Positions 18,434 to 27,607 of a DNA stretch of 64,000 nucleotides are shown here, piece by piece; positions within the stretch are counted from its first letter, which is position 1; the number at the start of each line of letters is the position of its first letter. The DNA comes from Desulfatiglandales bacterium (GTDB lineage: Bacteria; Desulfobacterota; DSM-4660; Desulfatiglandales; Desulfatiglandaceae): the NCBI GenBank assembly GCA_963662465.1, contig OY759599.1, positions 4,800,001 through 4,864,000 on the forward strand, given 5' to 3'. The position numbers and the translations under genes were made by a program. Under the pieces are notes generated by a model. It saw nothing but the letters and a program-made list of their open reading frames with translations, was not told where the DNA came from and did no database searches.

Positions 18434-19951
18434 TTAGTTTTCAAGGGTGGCTTTCAATATCTCGGGAATGGTGGTGACCCCCGCCTTCACTTTTCGCCAT
18501 CCGTCCTGCCGGAGCGTCAACATTCCCGATTTTACGGCCACTTCCTTGATTTGCTCGGCGCTCGATTTCCGGATGATCTCTTTTCGAATCCGCCCGGTCA
18601 CGGGCAGGTATTCGAAAATAGCGGTTCTGCCTTTGAACCCTGTGTATCGGCACGCTTCGCAGCCCTTGCCCTCGAAAAACCCTATTTCATTTGCTTCATC
18701 AGAACTTATTTCCATGGCCTTTAGAAGCCTTTCTTCCGGTTCAATCGGTCGTTTGCATTCAGGACAAATGACCCTGACAAGCCGCTGGGCCAGGACCCCC
18801 AGGAGAGTCGAACTCAGGAGGAAACTCTCCACGCCCATGTCCAAAAGCCTTGTAATGGCCCCCGCCGCATCGTTGGTATGGAGCGTACTGAACAGCAAAT
18901 GCCCGGTCAAAGCGGATTGAATGGCAATCTCGGCGGTTTCCCGGTCCCGAATCTCCCCAACCAGGATAATATCCGGATCCTGCCGCACAATGGACCGAAG
19001 TCCACTGGCAAAGGACATGCCGATTTTCTGGTTCACCTGAATCTGGTTCACGCCGTTGAGCTGGTATTCAACCGGCTCCTCCAGGGTTATAATCTTGTTT
19101 TGTGGTGAATTGATTTTGGCAAGGGTGGTGTAGAGGGTGGATGTTTTACCGCTCCCCGTGGGGCCGGTCACCAGAATCATGCCGTAAGGCTGGGTGGTCA
19201 GTTGCTTATACTGCACCAGTACATTGTCGGGAAATCCCAGCTTATCAAGATCCAGGATCAGGGTGTCTCGATCCAGTATCCGCATGACCAGGCTTTCTCC
19301 GAAAAGGGTGGGGATGGTTGAAATCCTGAAATCAATTTCCTTCTCCGAAATCCGCAACTTGATTCTGCCGTCCTGGGGAAGTCTTCTCTCCGCAATATCC
19401 AGCTTGGCCATGATTTTAACCCTGCTGATAATGGCGGCCTGCAGACGATGGGGAGGCGATTCCACATCATGAAGGACCCCATCTATTCGGTATCGCGCTT
19501 TAAATTCATTTTCAAAGGGCTCAAAATGGATATCGCTGGCTTTCTGTTCCACCGCATTAAAAATCAACCGGTTCACCAACCGGATGATGGGGGCTTCCGA
19601 CGCCAGATCCCTTAAGTGATCCTCATCCTCAACATCACCGGCGGAAATGTCGTAAATATCCTTTCCCGCTTCCTCTATGATGGTTTCAAGGGATTGACTG
19701 CCCGCCCCGTACAATCGTTCAACGGTGTCAAGGATGTCGCCTTCTTTTCCCTGACAGACCCGAATGTCCAAACCGTATGTGACCTTCAAAGCGTCAATGG
19801 TATAAAAATCTTCCGGATCGACCATGGCGATTTCAAGAAAGTCATCCCCCATGGCCAGTGGAACGAACAGGGATTCCCGCATCATCTTGTCGGAAAGATT
19901 GTCTAATACCACCGGCTCTTTAGGATAATCTTTAAAAGTGATAGGGGTCAT
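18434..19951 (-). CDS. gspE: T2SS ATPase
   Basis: ASDIH, RRLPQDG, GPTGSGKT, RQDPDIILVGEIRD, TGHL, STLHTN, tetracysteine motif. Confidence 0.96.
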   Translation of the reverse strand: MTPITFKDYPKEPVVLDNLSDKMMRESLFVPLAMGDDFLEIAMVDPEDFYTIDALKVTYGLDIRVCQGKEGDILDTVERLYGAGSQSLETIIEEAGKDIYDISAGDVEDEDHLRDLASEAPIIRLVNRLIFNAVEQKASDIHFEPFENEFKARYRIDGVLHDVESPPHRLQAAIISRVKIMAKLDIAERRLPQDGRIKLRISEKEIDFRISTIPTLFGESLVMRILDRDTLILDLDKLGFPDNVLVQYKQLTTQPYGMILVTGPTGSGKTSTLYTTLAKINSPQNKIITLEEPVEYQLNGVNQIQVNQKIGMSFASGLRSIVRQDPDIILVGEIRDRETAEIAIQSALTGHLLFSTLHTNDAAGAITRLLDMGVESFLLSSTLLGVLAQRLVRVICPECKRPIEPEERLLKAMEISSDEANEIGFFEGKGCEACRYTGFKGRTAIFEYLPVTGRIRKEIIRKSSAEQIKEVAVKSGMLTLRQDGWRKVKAGVTTIPEILKATLEN

Positions 19952-20030
19952 GCTAATTTCACGTCTTCATCAATGCACATCGAAAAAATCCTTCTCCCTC
20001 CCAGGCCCGGACATCACTGAAAATCCCCTG

Positions 20031-20990
20031 CTATTCCTTAAAATAGTCAATGACGCTCTGGATGATGCTTTCCAGATCATGGGACGGCTCAAACCCGATG
20101 ATGTTTTTCAGTTTGCTGATATTGGGACATCGCCTTTCCATGTCCTCAAAACCAGGACCGTAAGCTTTTTCGTAGGACATATAGTCAATTTCAGACTGAC
20201 TCCCCGTCATCTCTTTGACTTTGAGCGCCAGATCGTTAATGGTCACTTCTTCATTGTTGCCCACATTGAAGACATCGCCTTCCGCCGCGGGTTCATCCAT
20301 CAACCGGGTGATGGCCTCCACCACATCGTTGACATGGGTAAAACTTCGACTCTGGGTTCCATCCCCATAAACGGTGATGGGCTTTCCGAACAAGGCGCTC
20401 TGAACAAAAGTGGGCAAAACCATGCCATACTGTCCGGTTTGCCTGGGACCTACGGTGTTAAACAATCGACCGATCAATATGGGCAGTTTTTTTTCATCAA
20501 AGTAAGCGAGGGCTTGAAATTCATCCAGTGTTTTTGAGCAGGCATAGGCCCATCGACGCTTTTTGACCGTCCCCATGACCCGGTTGTCGTCCTCCGACAA
20601 ATCGTGCGCCACATGCTTGCCGTAAATCTCAGAAGTGGACGCGATAAAGACCTTTTTCTTGAATCGATTGGCCAGTCTCAATACCACTTCAGTCCCTTTG
20701 ACGTTGGTATCCAGCGTCTCCACCGGATGGTCCATGATATTCCTGACACCCACCGCAGCCGCCAGGTGGTATATCTGATCCACCTTAAAAATCAGCTCGT
20801 TCATAACGGATTCATTTAAAATGGTGTCAATGACCAGATGCACCCGATCATGGCCCTGTATCTTCGAGATGTTGGCCAGTTTTCCGGTCCATAAATTGTC
20901 AATAATAAATACCTCGTTCCCATTTTTCAGCAAATGCTCCGCCAAATGCGAACCGATAAAACCGGCGCCCCCTGTGATTAAAATCTTCAT
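20031..20990 (-). CDS. NAD-dependent NDP-sugar epimerase/dehydratase
   Basis: GGAGFIGS, STSEIYG, YACSK, RLFNTVGPRQ; RBS GGAGG before ATG 20990. Confidence 0.92.
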   Translation of the reverse strand: MKILITGGAGFIGSHLAEHLLKNGNEVFIIDNLWTGKLANISKIQGHDRVHLVIDTILNESVMNELIFKVDQIYHLAAAVGVRNIMDHPVETLDTNVKGTEVVLRLANRFKKKVFIASTSEIYGKHVAHDLSEDDNRVMGTVKKRRWAYACSKTLDEFQALAYFDEKKLPILIGRLFNTVGPRQTGQYGMVLPTFVQSALFGKPITVYGDGTQSRSFTHVNDVVEAITRLMDEPAAEGDVFNVGNNEEVTINDLALKVKEMTGSQSEIDYMSYEKAYGPGFEDMERRCPNISKLKNIIGFEPSHDLESIIQSVIDYFKE

Positions 20991-21141
20991 ATCATCCTCC
21001 GTCATTCCCCGGCCTTAGTTCGGACACACAAAAGCCCGAAACGCCATCCATTACAGCTCCGCCCCTTCGGTCACAGGCGATGAACCGCTTATATGTTTAA
21101 TTTAACTGCAAAAAACATGACCCTAGCCGTCAGGGGATAAG

Positions 21142-21705
21142 CTATTCCGCAATCCTCTCAAGGGACCAGCCTTCAATTTCCACCTCCAGGGATCTATGCA
21201 ACAGTTCAACGGATACCACGACCTGATCGGTTTTGTTCTTGTGTCGAACATAAAAACCTTCCAAACCCTTGAGAGGCCCCTCCATGATCATCACGCGGTC
21301 GCCTTTCCGCATGTAGGTGCGGTTTTGCACTGTTCGGTCAGTGCCGTCCAAGATCATCAAAGAAGAGATCTCGTGATCATCGGCGGGAACGGGTTTTCCT
21401 TTGAAAGCGACCATCCGAACCACACCAACCGTTTGGATAATGCGATAGTATTCCTCGGGTGCAAGGGCCGACCGGACAAAAACATAACCCGGAATCAGGG
21501 GCGCCAATATCTTTTTCCGTCGGTCTTTTCGACGGCTCATCACCTCAATTCGCGGAAGAAAAGCCTCAAGGGATTTTCCGCAAAGCCCGGCATGGACTTT
21601 TTGCTCAAAACGGCTTCGCGTATGCAGCGCCCACCATCTTGCAGACGCCGCAATTGAATCCGTCATGGCTTCAGTTTCTAAAATAACCTTTCCGCTCCTG
21701 TTCAC
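21142..21705 (-). CDS. NusG-paralog transcription antiterminator (UpxY/RfaH type)
   Basis: WWALHTRSRFE NGN start, PLIPGYVFV, GDRVMIMEGPLKGLEG KOW; heads the surface operon. Confidence 0.9.
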   Translation of the reverse strand: MNRSGKVILETEAMTDSIAASARWWALHTRSRFEQKVHAGLCGKSLEAFLPRIEVMSRRKDRRKKILAPLIPGYVFVRSALAPEEYYRIIQTVGVVRMVAFKGKPVPADDHEISSLMILDGTDRTVQNRTYMRKGDRVMIMEGPLKGLEGFYVRHKNKTDQVVVSVELLHRSLEVEIEGWSLERIAE

Positions 21706-21798
21706 CAGTTATTCTCCATCAATCGTTGAAAACGATTCGTCATCAATTCTTCCGATGGCGGGAATGTTGAGTAATTGATGGATTTTGTCAAGCAAAAA

Positions 21799-21827
21799 TT
21801 GACGCCACCATCTTCCGAACGTATAAT
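21799..21827 (+). promoter_or_regulatory. sigma70 promoter divergent from the antiterminator gene
   Basis: TTGACG, 17-nt spacer, TATAAT. Confidence 0.6.
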
Positions 21828-21986
21828 GTATCCTATGTTTTTTTTGAAAATACCATGACCTGTTCAAGCGGCGTATACCTGTGATCGCCCCTTTGAACAT
21901 TTCTCACGTCTGGTCCAACAGGGGGAGAAATCTGACGGCAAAAATGATGAGGACCTATCTTTTGAACACTATGGAAAGGGGGGGGG

Positions 21987-22063
21987 TGGTCGGGACGACT
22001 GGATTTGAACCAGCGGCCCCCGCGTCCCGAACGCGGTGCTCTACCAGACTGAGCCACGTCCCG
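21987..22063 (-). tRNA. tRNA-Pro (anticodon CGG)
   Basis: CGGGACGTGGCTCAGTCTGGTAGAGC...loop TTCGGGA...GGTTCAAATCC...CCCGACCA, 77 nt with encoded CCA; upstream TTGCTT-17-TATGGT promoter. Confidence 0.97.
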
Positions 22064-22109
22064 ACTGGAAAGGACCATACCTTATTTTTTCCCCTGAAGC
22101 AAGTCTATT

Positions 22110-22922
22110 TTATCCCCGACCATCTCCACAAAATTCTTCATCCTTCAAAATACCGTAGGTATTCAAATAAAGATCAAATTCGGCTTTTGTCGCTTCATCC
22201 ATGGGAAGGCGCTTTCCCCTCACCAGAACCGGAATACCTTCCTCATAAAGATATTGAACCACTTCTCTAATGCCGGCAACGGCAAAAACCTCAATGCCGC
22301 TTTTTAAAACGAAATCGTTAATGGCGCTGCTTCCCTTACATCCCGGAATCACCTTTTTGTCTTTGTCATAAACCGCCGTCGTCTGTTCCCTATCAATTGC
22401 GATGCCGATCCCTTCCACATGAAACGTCATTCCTCTTAATCGTGCTTCCGCTTTGATTTTTTCAAGAAGATCGTATTTGGTGCCCATGGTGGTGGCCACA
22501 TCGTCCACAATAAACAGACGGCAACCATCAAAAAAACTGCCATTGACAAACATGCCCTTTTTCCCGCTGGCCTCTCCATGGGTTTTAGCCTCCTTACGGT
22601 CATATTCAAAAAACATTTCCTTTTGATATTCCTGCCACAGGGCGATACTGGTTGCCAGGGCAATGGCACTTCCCTTATAGGAGGGGCCCAGAATCACATC
22701 CACACGTTCCAGAAGATTCCTGGCCGCCATCATCTCAGCAAAAAAGGATCCCATCAAGAGGCTCAGCTGTCCGGTCTTGAACATGGCCATATTGACGAAA
22801 TAAGGCGTTGGACGTCCGTCCTTGAGTACCAGATCCGCATCAAAAAAAAGTGCCCCGGTTTCAGCCAAGGTCATTGCCAGTCGTTTTACATGATTTTCCA
22901 TAACAATTTTATCCCGATCCAT
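22110..22922 (-). CDS. pyrE: Orotate phosphoribosyltransferase
   Basis: LKDGRPTPYFVN, GPSYKG, RKEAKTHGE, IVDDV PRPP loop, DREQ. Confidence 0.82.
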   Translation of the reverse strand: MDRDKIVMENHVKRLAMTLAETGALFFDADLVLKDGRPTPYFVNMAMFKTGQLSLLMGSFFAEMMAARNLLERVDVILGPSYKGSAIALATSIALWQEYQKEMFFEYDRKEAKTHGEASGKKGMFVNGSFFDGCRLFIVDDVATTMGTKYDLLEKIKAEARLRGMTFHVEGIGIAIDREQTTAVYDKDKKVIPGCKGSSAINDFVLKSGIEVFAVAGIREVVQYLYEEGIPVLVRGKRLPMDEATKAEFDLYLNTYGILKDEEFCGDGRG

Positions 22923-23048
22923 TAATTATTGGCTAAAACAACCATTGAGAAGTTACGCTTAACTTATTGAATCACAAAAAAAATCTCGAGTTCAAACGAT
23001 ATTTAAAAATATGGAACCACCCTGAAGAACGAATGACTTCTTTCCAGG

Positions 23049-25157
23049 CTATTTGCGTGGCCCCCAACCACCTTTTGTTTCAAAAGCTTGTTTGAGTCCT
23101 TGCCGGGCTCTACTAAGCTCAGGGTTTAATTTCAGCGCCTTCATGAAGTGCTGCGCGGCTTCATCAGATTTACCCTGCTTCAAAAGTATAAAACCGAGGT
23201 TCGTTTGGGCTTGTGCAAAATCGGGGTTCAGGCGGATTGCCGCCTCAAAATACTTTGATGCTTGCTGATAATTCTCCCGCAGCATGAGGACCTGACCCAA
23301 ATTGTTTTGTATTTCGCTGTTTTCGGGATCAAGACGCGCTGCTTTTTTAAGATGCTTCAAGGCATCCTTCAATTTTCCTTGTTGAGCAAGCGTAATCCCC
23401 AGATTATTTTGGGCTTTCGCATAATCCGGCTTGAGTTTAATCGCCTGGTGGAAATAGCTGGAAGCCTCTTCGAGATGTCCTTGCTTCAATAAAAGCTGAC
23501 CAAAATTGTTCTGAATATCAGCATCCCTAGGCTTAATACGAACGGCCTTTTCCATATGTTCGGAAGCGTCAGAAAGCCTGCCCTTTTTCATCAAAATCAA
23601 CCCGAGGTTGTCGTGCGCAACAGAAAAGTTCGGTTTCAGTTCAATGGCCTTTTCATAGTGGCTCAAGGCATCATCCAACCGTCCTCGAACCTGCAGAGCA
23701 TTTCCCAGGTTATAATAAGCTCGGTGGTTATGCGAACTTTTCAATACCACATCCGACCACAAAGTTAAAGGATCCTGCCAAACCCGATTTCTCAGAAAAG
23801 TCCCAATGCCAAACGCCAGGACAACCACTGTCAAAATCGTCATAGCCCATACCTTTCGACCTCTGAACAGATCAAAGACGCCATAAACCAATAAAACAGC
23901 AAAACCGAACATGGGCAAATAGAGTCGATGTTCAAACATGGCATCGCTTATGGGAAAAATGCTCGATTCAATGGAAAGGGTGATAAAAAACCAGAAAACA
24001 CCAAAACTAATGGCTGACCTTTTCCTGATGTTCCAGAACCCGAATCCAAGGAGGACAAGCATAAAAAGAAAAGCCAGAGGCGTAAATCCATCAAAGAATC
24101 CCGTCTTGAAAGGAAACATGTAATCGATATTTTGCCCGACCGGGAAAAAAAGCAGCCGCACATACAGCACAAAAACCGTGAACTGGGTACAAAGATAGCT
24201 AAAACGGTCAACGGTTCTGGTTTCTCTGGTCAGGATAGAAACATCCTCCAGGAGATTTCCAAATCTCAAGCCACGGGTTGAAGCAAAGAAATACAGGATT
24301 AGAAATACCAGAAGGCAGGTTATGGGTACAAGCCAGATCAACTTCCCCCGCCATCCGGCCCAGGTTCTGTCAAACAGGAAGTACTCAACAAGGAGAACCA
24401 CACCGAACAGAGTCGCCGCATTTTCCTTGCACAACATGGCAAGAACACCAAAAAAAAGGAAGAAAAAAAAGCTGATGAATACCCTGAAGTCAAAGAGGGC
24501 AGAGGGCTTTTCAATCAACTGTGGAGAGATGTTTCCCGCCTTTACCCCTGAATTGGCATCAACTTGTAATTTTCTGGCCTTGATGTAAAACAACACCGAA
24601 ACCAGATAAAACATGGCCGCCATGGAGGTATATCGCTGAACTATGTAGGTAACCGATTGGGTTTGGATGGGATGCGCGACAAAAATGAGGGCCACCAGCA
24701 ACGCCATCAGGTGATTGGATATAGAAGAAAAGCCCCTCTGCTTCCTTCGCGCATCGCATCCATGACCGTTCCTGTTTATGGCAATGGTCTGCCGTTGGAC
24801 CGGAAAAAAGGAGAGTCTTCCAAACACACACAAGGCCATCAAATAGGCAAGAATGCCATTGGCCGTATGAATCAGAATGTTGACTAGATGATATCCAAAA
24901 GGGTTCAGTTTTCCCATTTGGTAATTGACCGCAAAGGAAAACTCCGTAAGGGGCCTGAGGGAAAAAAAACTTTTTAACGACGAATAGTTTTTCAAATCCC
25001 TGATCTTCTCTTTGTCCTCGATCTGAATTTTCCCATCAAAAACAAAAGGACCATCGTAAGCATTACTGTAGATCAAAAGAACCGTCGCGGCGATCAATAT
25101 CAATGCAAACCACGGGTTTGCCAATCCTTTTTCCAGAGACTTAAATTTCATGGACAA
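23049..25157 (-). CDS. TMTC-like membrane glycosyltransferase (GT-C) with C-terminal TPRs
   Basis: FVFD, RPL, YHLVNILIH, HPIQTQSVTYIVQR, KE, EHRLYLP, RNRVW motifs then ~7 TPRs. Confidence 0.8.
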   Translation of the reverse strand: MSMKFKSLEKGLANPWFALILIAATVLLIYSNAYDGPFVFDGKIQIEDKEKIRDLKNYSSLKSFFSLRPLTEFSFAVNYQMGKLNPFGYHLVNILIHTANGILAYLMALCVFGRLSFFPVQRQTIAINRNGHGCDARRKQRGFSSISNHLMALLVALIFVAHPIQTQSVTYIVQRYTSMAAMFYLVSVLFYIKARKLQVDANSGVKAGNISPQLIEKPSALFDFRVFISFFFFLFFGVLAMLCKENAATLFGVVLLVEYFLFDRTWAGWRGKLIWLVPITCLLVFLILYFFASTRGLRFGNLLEDVSILTRETRTVDRFSYLCTQFTVFVLYVRLLFFPVGQNIDYMFPFKTGFFDGFTPLAFLFMLVLLGFGFWNIRKRSAISFGVFWFFITLSIESSIFPISDAMFEHRLYLPMFGFAVLLVYGVFDLFRGRKVWAMTILTVVVLAFGIGTFLRNRVWQDPLTLWSDVVLKSSHNHRAYYNLGNALQVRGRLDDALSHYEKAIELKPNFSVAHDNLGLILMKKGRLSDASEHMEKAVRIKPRDADIQNNFGQLLLKQGHLEEASSYFHQAIKLKPDYAKAQNNLGITLAQQGKLKDALKHLKKAARLDPENSEIQNNLGQVLMLRENYQQASKYFEAAIRLNPDFAQAQTNLGFILLKQGKSDEAAQHFMKALKLNPELSRARQGLKQAFETKGGWGPRK

Positions 25158-25410
25158 CCACCTCTTTCGTTCATTGCCGCCATGACCCTTCCGCTATTCC
25201 AAGGATCACCCCTCCCCCCAATCTACAGACCCGAAGATGAAAGTTTTTCATGTTTTTACAAAACCCATATCCTTCCGGCTCCCTATAGCACATAAGAAAT
25301 ATTGTTTCAAAACAAAACCCTTTGTTTTTCACTCTTTTTCTTGACAGCGCATTCAAAAGCATGAAACAATCCCGCAGATTTTCCGGTTCATATAAATTGT
25401 TGAAGTAAAA

Positions 25411-26082
25411 ATGAAAAACCTAAAATTACTTATCCTGGTACCCGTTTTTAATGAGTGGCCCCATCTTTTGCCGGTTTTACAGAATCTAAGGAAACATTTC
25501 CCCAACATTCTGGTTATTGACGATGGAAGCCACGATAAATCCTACCTGAATCTTCTGAAAAAGGAGGGGTTTGAATATCTGAACCTCCCCTTTAATATGG
25601 GGCACTGGTGCGCCATTCAGACGGGCTTCAAGTACGCCCTGGCCAATGACTTTGATGGCGTTGTCACCTTTGACGGCGACGGGCAACACCTGCCCGAAGG
25701 CGCGATGCGGATCATCCCCTACTTTGGCCAAGGTTACGACGTAATTATCGGAAAGGACAATAACCGCGGCGGGTTATCTAAAAAATTTTGCTGGGGAACC
25801 CTGAACCGATTGTCGGGACTTGACATCAGCGATTTCACTTCAGGGCTGAGAGGATACAGCCGGCCCGCCATGAGCCGGTTGACCCATGGATCCTTTTTGA
25901 ACCTGGATTACCAGGATCTGGGCGTTCTGTTTATTGCCAAAAAAAAGGGGCTCAGATTAATCGAAGTGCCTGTCAGGATGGAAACCCGGCTGATGGAAAA
26001 ATCCAAAGTTTTTCCAAACCTAACGAGCATCGTAAGATACCTCCTTATTACACTGACCTTCATTCTTGCGAGAAAACTATGA
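25411..26082 (+). CDS. GT2, polyprenol-phosphate glycosyltransferase (DPM1-like)
   Basis: PVFNE, IDDGS, TFDGDGQH, DFTSGLRG; paired with DUF2304. Confidence 0.85.
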   Translation: MKNLKLLILVPVFNEWPHLLPVLQNLRKHFPNILVIDDGSHDKSYLNLLKKEGFEYLNLPFNMGHWCAIQTGFKYALANDFDGVVTFDGDGQHLPEGAMRIIPYFGQGYDVIIGKDNNRGGLSKKFCWGTLNRLSGLDISDFTSGLRGYSRPAMSRLTHGSFLNLDYQDLGVLFIAKKKGLRLIEVPVRMETRLMEKSKVFPNLTSIVRYLLITLTFILARKL

Positions 26083-26459
26083 TTTCATATAAAATCACCA
26101 CGGGCATTATCGGCGCCGTCATTTTCCTAATCATACTGCTTCTGGTTCGCCGGGGAAAACTACAAGAAAAGTACTCTTTGACCTGGTTCGCCATTGGCAT
26201 CACGGTGGCGGTGCTGGGGATATTCCCAGTAATCCTGGATAAACTCGCCAAATTTACCGGTGTTTCCTACGCCCCGGCGTTACTATTTGTGATTGCCGTC
26301 GGCGTGCTGTTAATCCAGAGCCTGTACCTCTTTATTTTTGCGTCGCAAAACGAGGTGAGGATTAAAGAACTTCTTCAGGACGTGGCGGTGCTGAATAAAC
26401 TGGTCGAAGAATTGCGGAAATCCGCTGATTCAAGCTCTGAATCCAAGACCTCCTCATAA
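26079..26459 (+). CDS. DUF2304-type small membrane protein
   Basis: 3 TM, KLQEKYSLTW, G+.Y.P, coiled-coil tail; ATGA overlap with the GT2. Confidence 0.82.
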   Translation: MISYKITTGIIGAVIFLIILLLVRRGKLQEKYSLTWFAIGITVAVLGIFPVILDKLAKFTGVSYAPALLFVIAVGVLLIQSLYLFIFASQNEVRIKELLQDVAVLNKLVEELRKSADSSSESKTSS

Positions 26460-27592
26460 ACCCTTTTGGTTTGACGGGCCACGGACTGAATATGAAATTT
26501 CTTCATAAAATTTTTCCGTCCTTTTTCTCCCAAAACCCGACATTGAAGCGGCGCCGCCGCCAAACTCGCCAGACATTTCGCGAGGCTCTTTTCATCCCCG
26601 GGCACAGCCAAAAGCCCGCACTCCCCTTCCCGAACCACCCAACCCGTTCCCGATCCGGGAATATCGCTTACCACAAGGGCTTTGCCATACCGCATGGCCT
26701 CCAGCAACACCACGCCGAATGCCTCGGTCCTTTCCAGGGAAGGCAAACAAAGCACGTCGCAGGTGGCAAGGAGGCTTTGAAGGGTCTTATTGGAAAGACC
26801 TCCCCTTAGCAAAACGCGGTTTTCCAGACCTCTTTGGCAAATTTCCCTTTGCAAGGCCGCCATGAGAACGCCCTCTCCCACAATCTGTACGGCAACACCC
26901 TGAATTTTCCCCGTGGCTCGAATCAGAACATCAAATCCTTTATAGTAGGTCAAACGACCTACGGCCAGAACCCTCAAGCAGTTAGGCTTCCAGCTCTTTT
27001 CCGCCTGCCGTAGCCCCGTCTCCCGGGGCTCTGGAAGACGTTCCGGATCTACGCCCAGAGGAATAACGGCGCATTTTGAAGTCCAGCGTTTTAAAGGCGC
27101 GCTATGGTGGAGATAGGGTTTTGAAGCCACCAAAATCTTTTTCGCCCGCTTAAGCACACGTTGCTCCAATGGTCGATAACATTGATAAGCCGGCTTCAGA
27201 CGGCGGTCAATGGCGGAAGGCGCCACATCGGATTGCCATTGAATCACCCATGGAATATCCCGGGCCTCCGAAAAGGCCAGACTCCAGAACGCGGAAGGGT
27301 TGGGGAAATGCAGATGAAGAAGATGAGGACGAAACGACAAAAGCGCCTGTCTCAAAACCAGCGGGAAGGACAAACTGATGGGCGTATACAGAACCTGCCC
27401 CAAGGTTGATGCTCGAAAAACCTGAACTCCCCCAACGTCTTCCCTGAAAGATTTTTTCCCGGCCAGGTGATTGTGAACCAGACCTGAAACGTCCACGCCT
27501 TCATTTCTGAGGGCCTTCAGGAGATCCCGCAAGAAGTTTTCCATCCCCCCGGCGTAAGGAGGATAATATTTTCCGATGTGAAGAATTCGCAT
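26375..27592 (-). CDS. Glycosyltransferase family 4
   Basis: GKYYPPYAGGME, VGRLTYYKG, EAFGVVLLEAM. Confidence 0.92.
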   Translation of the reverse strand: MRILHIGKYYPPYAGGMENFLRDLLKALRNEGVDVSGLVHNHLAGKKSFREDVGGVQVFRASTLGQVLYTPISLSFPLVLRQALLSFRPHLLHLHFPNPSAFWSLAFSEARDIPWVIQWQSDVAPSAIDRRLKPAYQCYRPLEQRVLKRAKKILVASKPYLHHSAPLKRWTSKCAVIPLGVDPERLPEPRETGLRQAEKSWKPNCLRVLAVGRLTYYKGFDVLIRATGKIQGVAVQIVGEGVLMAALQREICQRGLENRVLLRGGLSNKTLQSLLATCDVLCLPSLERTEAFGVVLLEAMRYGKALVVSDIPGSGTGWVVREGECGLLAVPGDEKSLAKCLASLAAAPLQCRVLGEKGRKNFMKKFHIQSVARQTKRVYEEVLDSELESADFRNSSTSLFSTATS

Positions 27593-27607
27593 GTCCGGCG
27601 CCTAAAA

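Noticed and set aside
21105..21132. ops-like GACGGCTAGGG and sigma54-like GTCATGTTTTTTGC after the antiterminator
   Set aside because: Both miss invariant positions (ops core GGCGGTAG; -24 GG)
21987..22063. Genomic island integrated at tRNA-Pro carrying the surface locus
   Set aside because: No integrase and no duplicated tRNA 3' end in the window; cannot be excluded beyond the left edge
21833..22270. ORFs 21833-22078 and 21881-22270
   Set aside because: They overlap the tRNA gene and lack an RBS or recognisable motifs
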